Of a DNA stretch of 64,000 bases, positions 12,127 through 24,906 are shown piece by piece. The stretch is taken from NCBI GenBank assembly GCA_907165135.1, contig OU015568.1:13888001-13952000 (forward strand), given 5' to 3'. This stretch comes from Oikopleura dioica. Lineage: Eukaryota; Animalia; Chordata. The notes under the pieces are model-generated. The model made no database searches and had not been told where the DNA came from. It was given only the letters and a program-made list of their open reading frames with translations. Each line of letters begins with the position of its first letter. The stretch's first letter is position 1. The translations under genes and the position numbers were made by a program.

Positions 12127-13901
12127 CTAGAATTGCGACATTCGCGGTTGAGAGAACAGTGAAGAGTTTTGTGAGTAATCTGGGTCTGGGAATATGGCTC
12201 TTCTGTTGATGAGCACTGGTGGAGGGGGAGTGTAGTTGTTGCATACGGCTTTGTGATATTCGATGAATCTTCTCGACTGGGTGTCGTTTTCTAAGACCTG
12301 AAGGAACCAAGGGTGTCTGATGAAATCGTGAATCATAACCCGCTTTGTCAGACAGGACTGAATAATTCCAACAATAGCATCCTGAAACTCAAATTCAAAG
12401 GAATATTAAATAAAGCAAAACTCACCTTCGACAATCTGCGGTCATTCCAAACCCTTGGCTCAAAGTTAATCGAGTTGCTAATCACGTGTTGAAGGAAAAC
12501 TTGGAAGTTATCCGGTCCTTCGTAGGGGTGAACACCAGTCGACAGAAAGTACGCGACCAGTCCGACCCCGTAATTGTCTATTCGGCAATCGTAGGGCTCT
12601 CCCTTTAAAACAAACCAATGAATATCAAGATTACTCAGAGGCAATTAGTACCATAAGCATTTCTGGTGCCATGTACTGAATTGTACCGATTCGCGTCGTC
12701 CGTTCAAACGCCTTTTTCTTCTCCGAAAGCGTTGACAACCCAAAGTCGGCTAATTTAACCGTCAGCACGAAGTTCCCCATCGCATCTGCTTCAGTCTTTA
12801 TAAGCACATTCTCGGGTTTTATGTCTCTGTGGATGATTCCAGGATTCGTCTGAAGAAATTGAACCGCCGCGGCGAGCTGCAGAATGATGATGCCAACATC
12901 GAACTCGCAAAGATTACGCTTATTGATTCTTTTCAAGAATGAAATCAAATCTCCTGAAAATGAATATTTCTTTCTTAGCAATAGAATGGATATTGTACCT
13001 CCATTGCAGAATTCTGTCTCCAAGCAGACAAGAGGAGGAGAACCATCATTCCGCTCGATGTAGAAGGTTTTTTCAAATCTTAGAAGTGATCGATGCTCCC
13101 TACAGCGCTCAAGCAGCGTAATCTCTAGAAAAATGTGCGTTTGTGCTAGGTGACGAAAAATAGGATGGTCCTCACGACGTTAATCCCTCTTTTTCACACA
13201 CCTCTCAATATATTATCGAATGACTGTTTCGATTGAACATTCAGAACTTTCAGTGCCTTCAACTCCCAATTTTGATACGGCAAAAATCTGGAGCAGAGAG
13301 GAAACACGTGACCAAAACTTCCAGATCCAAGAGGGGTTGGTCCGATTATCCGTTCTCTGTTGTCTTTTGTAGCGCTCCTTTGAAGCCTTCGATTAATCTG
13401 CGTTAGAATCGGATCCACCTGTGAAAACACTAGAAGATTTCAACCCATTTGAAAGGGAAAAAGTTCGTGTACCGTTAAAATTCGCAAATGAGTTCTGGAC
13501 AAACAAGTACACTGGATATTTCCTTATCGATACAACATCCAGCATTTGCAATTCGAGCCATTCATCGTGTTTAATATCAATATTCGTGGAATTTCTTGCG
13601 ATCCGTGCGCTGTGATGCTTTTTGAATGTTCTGACACGAACACGTCCATCTTTGTAAAGAAACTCCATGTGATATCTGCCGATGAATTGGGAAGTGCCCC
13701 AGAAGACCTCCACAGTTGGCTTATGTAACGGAGCATGGGGACATTCCGGATTATTTGTCGCTCTCCCGAATGAAACTAGAACTTCTTAGAGAAGAGCAGA
13801 GGAGATTGCTTACCTTTGGTTTCAAAGGAAAATTTGGAAAAATCTATCGGAGCGTATAAGGGGCTGAAAGGAAGCAAAAAAGGCGAACTATTATTGTTCA
13901 T
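12127..13901 (-). CDS. FHA-like domain plus Ser/Thr kinase (Chk2-like architecture, divergent)
   Basis: FGRA...IGRYH FHA-like region; GSGSFG, ALK, HRDIKPEN, DFGLS, GTIQYMAPE, HPWF. Confidence 0.8.
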
Positions 13902-14524
13902 TTTCTCTCAACTCACAAAACTCTGCGGCTCTACCTGCCCGAATCAACTAACTACCGAATCAAAAGGGCCTCAGCGCTCAGAGCTACCAGATGCCACTTT
14001 TTTAGCTTCGAGAATAAAATTTTCCATGAGAACAAGACTGCGTCTGTAAGACACGATTTATATTTGATTTTTAGTTTATTCGCAACTTGGTTCTTTTTTG
14101 GATAGAAGTATAAAGGTCGGTTGTTGAGGTCTTTGAAGCGTCAGAACAGAAATATTAAAACATAACATAGTAAAAGCGTTTTTTCAACTTTGATTTGACA
14201 GATAATGAATGAAATAATAAACGAGTTTCGGATAGAATAAGGTAAATGATAGGATGCGTTTGTAAATTGCTAGAATATCCTTCCAAGAAAAATGCCGATG
14301 AAAAAACCTGCGCTGATTCCAAGTAAACACCCAGCAACAAGCCCTAGCACTAGAACGTCGACAATCGCATTCGATTGACTTTTGTTCTCGAGGTAGTTGA
14401 CGCAGATATTGGCGATTGAATTATGCGTGTAAGCGGTCGTTGAGTTCAGCTTTTTGATGAGCGCCTCTTTTGTTTGAACTTTTTAGGGGATTTTGAATGC
14501 TTCAATGTCGAGATATGAGTTCTT

Positions 14525-15417
14525 TTATGAGCAAGAGAGTGCTTTCCGATCCATTCCTGAAAGAAGACTTCCCTTCATTGAGCTGGCTATGGAACTACTA
14601 GTAGCGGTTGTCTTTGATTGCTGCGACTGTAAATACGGCGAGCCGCGATTAATCAAGAGCTCGTCAGGGGAAGAGTAGTGGCGCTCTTTTCTATGATCCG
14701 GCGGAACACACAAACGGAAGTGTCTTCTCCTTCTGAGCGTGGCTTTTCTCGACCCAAATTGTACCTCGAAGTCCCGTTCCAAAGCACTTGCCAGGATTGT
14801 ATCAGAGTAGAGCGAGGCTTCTTTCGCAATCGATCGCTAAAACTTAATTATTCACTTACATGCAATACTATTGGTTCTGATTTTAAACGAAGCGTACTCA
14901 AGCGGATACAATTTCTCAATTTCGATATAAGTACTCAGTGAGTACTACTCACCCGTAGCATAGATTTTGATCCAATCAGCTGATTGCAAAAGAAGTCGAT
15001 AACGTTTTCATCTTGGAATTGCCGATACATCTCATAAATACTCGACCCGATTTTCTCAAGGTCAGTTTCGTCGGCAAGCAAAACGACTTCTTGGAAAGTG
15101 ACGCCAGATTCAATCGCATCTTTGGCGACGGCGAAATTTCTGTAGTCAAACGAGAGGCGCAGGATTTCATGACCTTTTGAAATTGAATTTGAATACTATC
15201 GACGACATAGCAGCTTACCTAGAGCAGGATCATCAGCATTTTCAATGCATCCTCTGACTAAAGAAGGATCTGCGATGCTCAATTCAATAATTCTCCTGGC
15301 CAAATCTGTGACGACTTTGTCTCCCTTCTCCGCTGCATCAATCGACAAATCAGTGCCTCTCTTTATTTCGCTCAGAATCACGGCCGGATCGGACAGGTCA
15401 ATTGTAGGTGATCCCAT
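14525..15417 (-). CDS. Hypothetical protein (multi-exon, 3' end uncertain)
   Basis: Three consecutive co-oriented ORF blocks separated by short intron-like gaps; no family recognised. Confidence 0.45.
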
Positions 15418-15882
15418 TTGTGAGCATCTCCATTTGAGTCAGCTTCAAATTAATTCTGAAAGGATCAAGATTTTATTAGAGGCAGCGCCCTCGCGAGGAC
15501 TGTAAATATTTCCGACTCATCAATTTATATAAAAGGAAATAAACGCGATTATTATGGAACATGAACATAATGGTGCTCAGATAAGTGAGGGTGAACCACA
15601 GTTGAAAATGAAGAATGGATAATTTTGGCTACCCTTGGCTTCGAAGAATGAATTGTCTTCGCCACTTCTTAGTACGAAATTTTTAAAGCTACAATAATAA
15701 GTGGCAAAGACAAAACATCTTTCCAAAAGAAAAAAATAGAAACAGAAGGTAATTGCCCTAGTTCAAGAGCAGGTGATAAATATAAGTTTAGGTATTGCAC
15801 GGACGGAATATGCCGAATAATTATCACAACGATGCATTTTTGGTGAAACAATGAGTTTTCGTGAGGTTTTTCGAGTGGATGT

Positions 15883-17112
15883 TTACTTCATCTCGCCGAA
15901 TTTCGCTTCAGAAGACAGAATCAGCGCGAGAATGATGCCGAAGAGGCCGAGTACGGAGCCAAAGATTTCGATTACCAAGACCTGAAAAGGAAGCAAATGT
16001 TACATTTATATTTAACGACTATATTATCGATAAGATGGATTCGAAAGTTTGATGGCAACGGGTCGACGATCTGAAGGATTTATCCTCTGGGAGTTCCACA
16101 AAAGACTGTATGTTCCCTGAAAGCCCTACTGAGGAAGTTTTTTTCAGAATTTTCGAGTTGTTGTAAGCTAAGCCCATCAGAACGTGACATCTCCGTCCAC
16201 CATTTGGTGGTGCAGTCATCAAAGAGGCGCAAGTCCTCGGTTTCCTGCTCAAGAGACGCCACCCTGTCACATCATCGGGTGTTAGTGGGTGTCAAGGTTA
16301 GTTGACATTTTGTAGACGCATACTATAGAAATGATCCCTAAAAGTATGATCTTGACTTCAAACGGTCACAAAAAAGACCCAATTCTCCCGATGGGGTGGG
16401 TGATTATGGTTTTCAAAAATAGCCAACCAGGGACGGAGTGGTTACGTAATCACCTTGACGAAGAGTTTATCGTTTGCTGCATCCGCTAATGCCGCCGAAG
16501 AACCGATGATTCCGACACAGATGCCACAGAAAAGGTTGCAAAAGCCTGAAACATCAAGTTACGACAATATCTTCTGCGTTATTTGAGAATTTTCTTTTAC
16601 AAAATTGTCCGGAAGCGCTATTTCTCTCTATTAGACGTTACCAGTGATCATTCCAGCACCAAAAACACGGTAGCCAGATTCATAATTCATCGCCAGGGTA
16701 GCAGGATCGTCTCCATTGTAAGGCTTGAGGCCTGTGGCCATGATGATCGAAACGATGATTCCATAAATGGCGACAGCTTCACAGAAAATGATCGAGACGA
16801 GGTTTTTGGAGTAGATCCTTGGGACGATAACACCACCCCCCATTACGGAGGCACCGGTCGACCAGATTCCCCAGGCAGCGCCCATAACGGATAATCCCAT
16901 TGCGAGGCCGATTCCTATAAAATTCTTTTAACCGCGTGTTAGCAGAAGCGCTCCTCACCTAAGGAAGCCCAGTAAATAGGTCCAAAAGCAGTGAGAAGCC
17001 ATCCGATGTCCAGTAGGAAAAGTTGATTTGTCAGCAGCGCGTACACAACATAAAAGCTAATTACAGTGCCAAGCAGCGTTAGTGCAGACACAATCCCAGT
17101 TTTTATCGACAT
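15883..17112 (-). CDS. ATP6V0B: V-ATPase 21-kDa proteolipid subunit c''
   Basis: [44 protein letters not shown]; [22 protein letters not shown]; [15 protein letters not shown]. Confidence 0.95.
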
Positions 17113-17288
17113 GATTTATTTTAATCTAAAATTCATTTTCATCAAAAATTTTAATGAAGGTTTGTATTTCATTTTTCTCTTTGCTAAAGGCAGTTGGTCA
17201 AAAACGGGAGGTATATGAGAAGTAAAAATAGAGTGTTGAGCGAAAATGTACAGTCATTTTGAAAAGCGCTCAGGTACGAATTGAAAAG

Positions 17289-18095
17289 TCAGAGGTCAGC
17301 AACAATTTTCAAGTCATTGGAGATGTTTTGAAGGGGATCAGGTTTGGGAATCGATTTCTGCTGCAGCGATGAGTCAAGCGAAATGGAACCAGCATTCAAA
17401 TCGATTTTCAGTGACTTTTCAGCAGTTGGAGGCTCGAACTTGCTAATTTCAACACCAGCTAAAATTATTCCCGGAAATAAGCAGCAGCTAGTATTGTGAA
17501 AAACGCACCCATTCGGAGGAGTCGCTCAGAAGCGTCAAAGGCAGGAATTGAACCAGGTTTCTTCTAAAAATATCTTTTTGAACAAGTGCTTCGCTGCATT
17601 TTTACATGTTATTTTTTCTCAGAGAGGATTGAATTGAGCGTTGTTTGCGTAAATACTCACTTTGGCGTAGACAACCCCGGTGATTCCAGATTGAATTATG
17701 AGTTTGGCGCATTCGTTGCAGGGATATAAAGTTGTGAAGATGGTCCCGCCATCGATATCCGCTTGGTTTTTGTTGAGAATAGCGTTCATTTCTGCGTGGC
17801 AAACTAAACCTCGCCGTTTTTATACTGTTTCGGGTATTTTTCTTCACACTGTCAGCGAAATATTACCATATGGATATTTTGTATCCATCCAATCACCAGT
17901 CTTCCCCCATGGAAGTTCCTGATCAGAGCATCCGTGCGGAAAGCCATTGTAACCAATTCCAACGATCCGCTGTTTCTTATTAATAATACAGGCTCCTACT
18001 TGCGTGGCGGGGTCTTTCGAGCGTTGGGAGCTCAGCAACGCGATAGACATAAAATACTCATCCCAAGAAAGGTAATTTTCCCTGGGCGTGCTCAT
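17289..18095 (-). CDS. DCTD: dCMP deaminase
   Basis: [30 protein letters not shown]; [10 protein letters not shown]; [15 protein letters not shown]. Confidence 0.96.
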
Positions 18096-18409
18096 ACTAA
18101 AGAAAGAAGATAGAGTCTTGGCTGTTTTTTATACTTTAATCGCAGAAGAAAGTATCTTTTTCATGAGGTCAGTGCAGTTATCATGTCTTTGAAACAGGAA
18201 AATGTCGGGTTCTACAGGAAAGTAGGGAAAGGTTTCTCATGCCCTGAGAAGCAGGTTTTAATTCTACGCTTTTTTATTAATCTAAGGTTTCTAGAAATTA
18301 AACCCCTTTTTAGCTGAAATGGAACTTTTTGGAATAACAAAAATGGAACATTTTTTGAACTTTTAAGAAAAGAAAAATGAATAGAAGTTGGTTTGAAAAG
18401 CGATTTTCA

Positions 18410-20525
18410 TCACGGATTCAAGTTTTGAAGCTGTTTTCTTGATAAAAGTCGGAGAAGTCGAAGTTTTTCACATTCGCGTGTAGTGGGCAGACAGGTCTTT
18501 GATTTTTCGATAGATTTGACGAGCGTCTGGTCGGTAGGCCCCGTCCGACGCCCAGCAATCGCGGATTACGTCGAATAGCGGCGACGACCCGCAACGAGGG
18601 CGCAGGTTTTCTTCGTTGACAATCTAAGGAATATGTTTATCATAGTCTATGATTCATAGATCAATTCTATTTTTGGGAATTTCTTCGTGCACTTTGATTT
18701 CAAAAACAAATAACTACCTTGTGCATCAGCTTTTCCTTTTCTGCTAAGCTGCGCAAGTTTATTTTCGTTAGATCTATTTTCGACTGCGAGGAGAATTCGT
18801 GGAATAGAAAGTCATCAACGTTGGAATCAAGCTTGTGATCCGGCACAAGGAATCCGTCGCATTGAGAGAGAATAATCCACGCGATCAGGCCGAAGCTGTA
18901 GATGTCTACCGAGCAGTAGCGATTCACCATGTCCGAATTGGTCGGTACCATGTCGCCTGTATCAAACATCGAGAGCGACAGTACTTCGGGAGCCATGTAT
19001 AGCCATGTTCCATCTGGGCATTCTGAAATTAATTAAGGAAAGAGACTTAGATTAAGCCTACTTTGGTAGAAAACGCGTTCCCTTACGTCATCCAGCTTTT
19101 GAAGTATTTTTCTATTCGGGCATCCAGGTCTGTCATGCGATTCAAGTTTGAGCAATGTAAGCGGCTCAAAAGGTCTACATGGTCCGTTGCGATCATCAGG
19201 CTTGGAGAAACAATCGCACTGATGGGGCAACTCGCGGATAAGCGGTATCGAAGAGTTGAAATCGCAAATGACAGCTTCGAATCTGTCCGAAATTAGAACG
19301 TTGGCGGGCTTCAGATCGCGATGGGCGATTCTCGGCATAGGATTATCGATCCCCTCGCTAGCGCGATGCAGCTCATACAACCCACAAGCGAGAGTTCGCA
19401 TTAACTATTATCGAGGGTCGTTTGAGTTCGGACATTGAACTTTATTATTTGAACATTGCTTGAATATGCAAATTGACTTTTAAATATGATCTTTAAAGAA
19501 TTGTTTGACCCATTCCTGAATGGCCAACTCTTCACTGATGCCGCCTTCTGTATCAAACTTTCGCTTGAGGAAAGAACCGATATCACCCTAGAATGAATAA
19601 GTAAACAGCAGGCAATGAGACGCAATCGGACTAGTTCCAAGTTAGAAGGATCAGCTATTGAACTTGAGCAATTGCTCAATGAGCAATATCTAAATTACCT
19701 GCAGATATGCCGGTAGGAGTAAGACAGAAGTCGGACGGTCATTCGGGTCGCAATGCTTGGAGACATATGCCGTAAGCCGTAGAAGATTGTCGCTTCTTGA
19801 TCCGATCAGGTCAAACATGATTTTTTCGTGTTCTGCCTTCTCTTCTCGATCTATACATTTGACAGCGATGCATTGTTCTTCATAATTAGCCTAGATTTCG
19901 AATATTTATAAAAAAGCAAACAAAATAAAGTGTACTTTGTAGACGAATCCGTATCTTCCTTCGCCCAAGACGACTGGCCGTTTGTTTTTATAGCAATACT
20001 GAATGTCGGAAGTCAATTTTGGGTGGGCGAGCTTGATTTCGTGCGATGCTGGAGGCTTGATTTCATTCGAGTTTCTTGAAAAATAGAATTATGAACAGTA
20101 AAGTATTCAAATTGTACCGTTCGTTGTTGACTAATGACTGAGCTGCGTTTCCGTGGACATACAAGTTGTTCTTCTTGAGCCATTCGGGACACAAATGCAT
20201 CATATGAATCCGGTCATAGTAGAAGAAGAAAATGCTCAGTACGAACATGAAGAAGAAGCCAACGATGATGCCCTAGAATCCTTTATAAACGAAACGTCAA
20301 TTAAATGTTCCCTACCCATAAGGGAAATTTGTCGCAGCCAGTTGTTTGATAGAGCGACGGAATGAACATCATGACTCTGTAAGACTGCGTCCCTAGGTCA
20401 GTTACTTTGCACCACTTTTCTACCGACTCGTGCCAATCGACAATCCTCATCGAGTGCTCGTCTTGGGTCATGTTCTCTCGGTAATGCCAGCGGAATCCAC
20501 AGCAGAAAATATGATTTTTGCCTAA
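18410..20525 (-). CDS. Divergent TGF-beta/activin type II-like receptor Ser/Thr kinase (5' end unresolved)
   Basis: Cys-containing ectodomain; TM GIIVGFFFMFVLSIFFFYY; GEGRYGFVYK; IAVK; IAHRDLKPANVLI; GTWLYMAPEVL; VDIYSFGLIAW; DCWASDGAYRP; no GS box seen. Confidence 0.75.
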
Positions 20526-22816
20526 AGATGATAATAAAACCAGACACGGAAACCATAAGAGTTCTAAATTAACCAATTAATAATCATAATTTTTGATTGT
20601 AAATTAATAAGTTCTTGGTGTCTGGAATCCAGTGACACTTCATCTATGACAATGTCATAATGACATGTATAAACACCAAAGAAAGCTTAGTAAATCATCG
20701 AAACAAGGAAAAATAAAGCAGGGAAAACATTTTTACAAAAACAAAAAACGACATCATTTCATTTGGACAGTTCTTGTTCTGATGAAATGTATAAACAAGT
20801 TCGATCATAAGTACAATTAAATTTCTGATACCAAATACAGTAAGTATCTGGGTCACAGCGTGTTATTGGATTAGTAATCAAGCTAAACACCAATTTACCT
20901 TCATTGTTACTATGCGCTAAAAAGGAATAAATGTTAGGGTCAATCATATCAGGTTGTTAGAACAATGAAGACATTAAAAAATTTCCATCAAGCTTCAAGC
21001 TTTTTGTTTCACCTCGACGGAAATCACTTACTCTGGCAGTTGATCATTGGGAAATCATGGTCCACTTTTTAGGCTGATCATTTTTTTGAGGTAATGCCCT
21101 TTATAAACGGAGTGTCGGAAATATATATTCATAACTAAGTTAAGCCTTTGCCTGTTAAACTTTCAAATGAGACCTGTTCTTCATCATCGCTTATTGTCAT
21201 CATACACATAACCTGTTGCGGATACTCGATGTTTTCATGATGCAGAAGCTCTGTGGTTTCATATTCCAGATCCTCTTGGTCGTAAGAACATCCAAGCTAC
21301 ACCTGGGTTGAGTTTAGACAATTGCAGAATTTCCACAAAAGAAAAGTGGAGCTCGGGGCGCCGGACTTAGTCAACCACTTAGTAAACTATTTGAATAAGC
21401 ATAAACAGATGAGTGAAGGAAATTTGTTTCCACAACAAACAAGTTACTCTCTCAACCCTGGTCCTTGTAGGTCCCTTTGGGGCATTGGTAGACAAGGTCT
21501 GTCACATAGTCTCTACCCGTCGAATTCGTCTCTACTTCATCTCGCACTGTTACCACCATCGCCTGTTGCGCGGTTGAGAGTTCTCATGTGCCTCTCACAA
21601 TCATTTCCGGTCCATGGAAATAATTGGATCGCCTCCCTTATCTTGCCAACAGTTTTCAATACTCAACTCAGTCCAAATAAAGTAAAGCTTTGATGCACAT
21701 TAATTTTTATCTTTCTTCCAACATTCGTTAATTCAGAAGTGCGAAGAAATGCGTATCCAACTCATTCAGCAGACTTCTTATTAAATTTATAAAGAAAATA
21801 CTCATTAGCGACATGGAATATTCAAAGATTAACAGATCAATATTCTGAGGCTAAATTATTCAGCTATATTTCAAGTAAAAATGGTTAGTTTTGCAATCGA
21901 TTAGCTTGTAAAACTGAATTTACGCTTCCATATTTACACTCAGTACAAGTCTATTTTTGTTAACGACGAATTTATTGAGCCTGAATCAAATTTGTAAGCT
22001 TATTGAAAGGAAATTACGCTGTTTTTTAACTTAATAATTTTAAAATTATAATTGGTTTATTGAAAACATCCCTATTTTGAAGGAAAATGAACCTTCTTTC
22101 TCGAAATCTTCGATAAATTCTTCCAAATTGCTTCTTTTTTAAAATCTCTCCGTAGAAAAATCTTCGAAAATCTCTATTTGTCACAAAAGTATGAAAAAAT
22201 TAACAGATTTAGTTGTGTTTATGGGATTTTCTGCATGGAGCACCGGGATCGTTTTTCTCCGCGGCCTGTTCTTTTGGGAAACGCAGCTCGGACGGGCCCA
22301 ATCAAAAGGCGTTGAGCGCCAGAGAGCTCAGCCGCGATTGAGCCGAAGGACACATCAGAGATCCGAGTTCTACGGATATTCAGGACTTCTGAAGGACTAC
22401 TGTCCACAGATTCTATCGGATACTGACGTCTTATTTTCAATCAAATAATTAACGGTTGTTGGATGTCAAATATTTTCTAATGAATACAAATTTAAATTGC
22501 AATTAAAAGTTCTATCCAGCAAACAGACTAACTAAACCACATCAATCATGTGAAATCGTCAATGAAACTTCTTTGTACCCGCCAGTTAAACAACTAATTT
22601 GATACCCTTTTAAAAATAATCAATAGATGGATGCTGCATCCAGGATGCACGAAATAAGCACGATCTGGTTAGTTAGCAACAAACATGCGGTTAAATTTAA
22701 CCGCGGTCGAAGTACATGAAAATCCTGCCTTCAAGGGACATCTTAGAAGGAATCCTTCTAAAAATCCACGTGTTCCCAGAAGTCTTCAATTAACAGTTTT
22801 CATCTCAAAATATAAT

Positions 22817-23231
22817 TGTAGTGGATTAATATATGCAAGTATGACTTCTGCAACAAAGTTGATTTCCGCCGCGCGCAATGGCCATAAAGCCATTAGCGCG
22901 CGCATTTCAAAACCACTACCACCCTCTGAATCCGCCACCACCTTCTGTCGTAAAGCGCACTCACCCGATTCCACCGCCACCCTCGGCTCGTGAGGCCCGA
23001 TGAAAACTCGCCACCCGGAACGAAATGCTATAAAAAGAAGCACCCTTTTTACTCTGTGCCAGTCTGTACCAATCTGCGCCAACATCTATACCACAAATTT
23101 CTGAAAAACGAATACTGCTCCTACTGACTGTTCTGTCAGTACAATAAACGCTCCGTAGTTGTTTTCAACTACCCCCACAACAAAACGCCTTAGTCTCCAA
23201 CATTTGTTATTGCATATATAAAAGCACTACA
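22817..23231 (+). repeat. 5' LTR
   Basis: TG...CA ends with a 7-bp terminal inverted repeat; TATAAAA near 23028; AATAAA at 23143-23148; matches 30683-31097 by eye. Confidence 0.97.
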
Positions 23232-23236
23232 AATTT

Positions 23237-23250
23237 TGGTGACTGAAGAA
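23237..23250 (+). promoter_or_regulatory. Primer-binding site (TGGTGAC..., possibly tRNA-Trp)
   Basis: TGG begins 5 nt after the LTR. TGGTGAC is complementary to the usual tRNA-Trp 3' end, but the match is short. Confidence 0.6.
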
Positions 23251-23562
23251 CGGCGAGGAACTTTAAGACTAGAGTCCATCGCTTAAAGTTCGAAGACCCC
23301 CGAAGCCTACTTTACCGACAACGATACGAAAAGAGCTGCTGCCTACGATCTCCGAAAAAAAGAAAACTTCAACAAAGGTTAGTACCCGGTTCAAAGGTCC
23401 CTAGATATTTCTCAAAAGTCCAGAGCGAGTCCCACTGAGCGGAGTGTTATCCTTAAGAGGCACCACCGACAGGCAAGCTTTTAGGACTTATAGGATCGGA
23501 CCTTTAAGAAAAAGGCACCAAATCAACAGCTCTCACCAAATTTTCGCTCATCTCTTTGAAAA

Positions 23563-24906
23563 CATGTCCGAAATGTATTTCAAGCACGTACAAGACCTTA
23601 ACAAAGGGGAACTACTAGTTATTTACGATAACCTCGAGGGAAAAACTTATCCACCGAAAATCCCCATAAGCGATAAAGAATCCATTTGCCACAATATTCT
23701 AGCCTTGGATAGAGATTTTTTCGATAAAAATCGAAAATATGTTTTTGAAAAAAGTACTGATGGACAATTCGTTCGATATTTTCCCCAGTACCAGGAGGAC
23801 TGCCAAAACCAAAAATTCGCGCAAGCTCGTCATAAAATTGACACAGAAAAGATTTTGGCGTCCCGAAATGTAGAAAATCTAGATGCTTTGATCACATCGC
23901 TCAAAATAGAAACTGAATCTGTTTCAGGCTCAGAGCTTTCAAATGATTCGTCAGTTGATTCAGCTGATGAAACGGTCATTCAAGACGGCCAGGAAGCTCT
24001 GAAGCCACGAAAACAAAAGGTGAAAACTGAAAAGCCGGAATCAAAAGATGTGCCGCGTTTCAAGAAAGAATCGAAATCGACACACATTCCAAAGCAACAG
24101 TTTGAACCAAAAATTTCGCGTTCTTCAAATCTAAAAGTAAAACCCCCACGTTATGACGCATCGATCCCGATCCCAGCTTGGCTTAAAATCTTGAAATCTA
24201 TGCACGATGTTCAAATCTTTCTAGCAGCGAAATTATAACCGTTGCACTAACATCGTTGCTCAATGAGTCCGAAGGATCTCATATAATTCAATCTCTGGAG
24301 TCGGAAGACATGCAAGACTGGGGCAGATTTAAAGATCGATTAACAAGTATGCTTGGGAAGGATAAAGAGTTCTTTAAACATCAATTTAAAGATTACCAAA
24401 GAGGTAGTGACAGTTTCGGACTAGCCCTCTCAAAGATCACATCATACTATAAACAGGGCTACGACCTCACTCACCTCAATGAAAATGATCGTTCTATAAT
24501 TATAGAAAGATTTTGCGAAAGCCAGTATCAAAAAATGAAAGAACTTTTGATGCGAGAAAAGTCACAGCTCACTCTTGAGAACATAGCGAAGCGAGCAGCG
24601 GAAATTGAGGCCTCCATTCCAAAAAAGGAGATCAACTTCAGTATCCAAGCTGAAGATGATGAAAAAGCTCGTTTCCGCGAACTCGTTAACAAGCTCTACC
24701 AAAAACTTGACTCTTCCCAAAGCACACACTCCAAATCGGGCAGCAAACGATCAAAAAGGTCGAAAATCGACATTGAAAAACTGAAAGGGCACTGTTTTTC
24801 GTACACAAAGTACAACAGATGTAAATATGCAGAAAACTGCAAATATATTCACTCTGACAAAGTTCCAGCAGATGTTTTGGACTACGTGAAAAACAGGAGT
24901 GACTAG
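23563..24906 (+). CDS. gag: Gag (one -1 frameshift near 24186), C-terminal CCCH finger
   Basis: Position before pol; capsid-like KPPRYD..PAWLK; CFSYTKYNRCKYAENCKYIH. Confidence 0.85.

Noticed and set aside
22786-23085. Antisense ORF MLAQIGTDW..., duplicated at 30667-30951
   Set aside because: The duplication just reflects the two LTRs; it has no ATG start and no recognisable domain.
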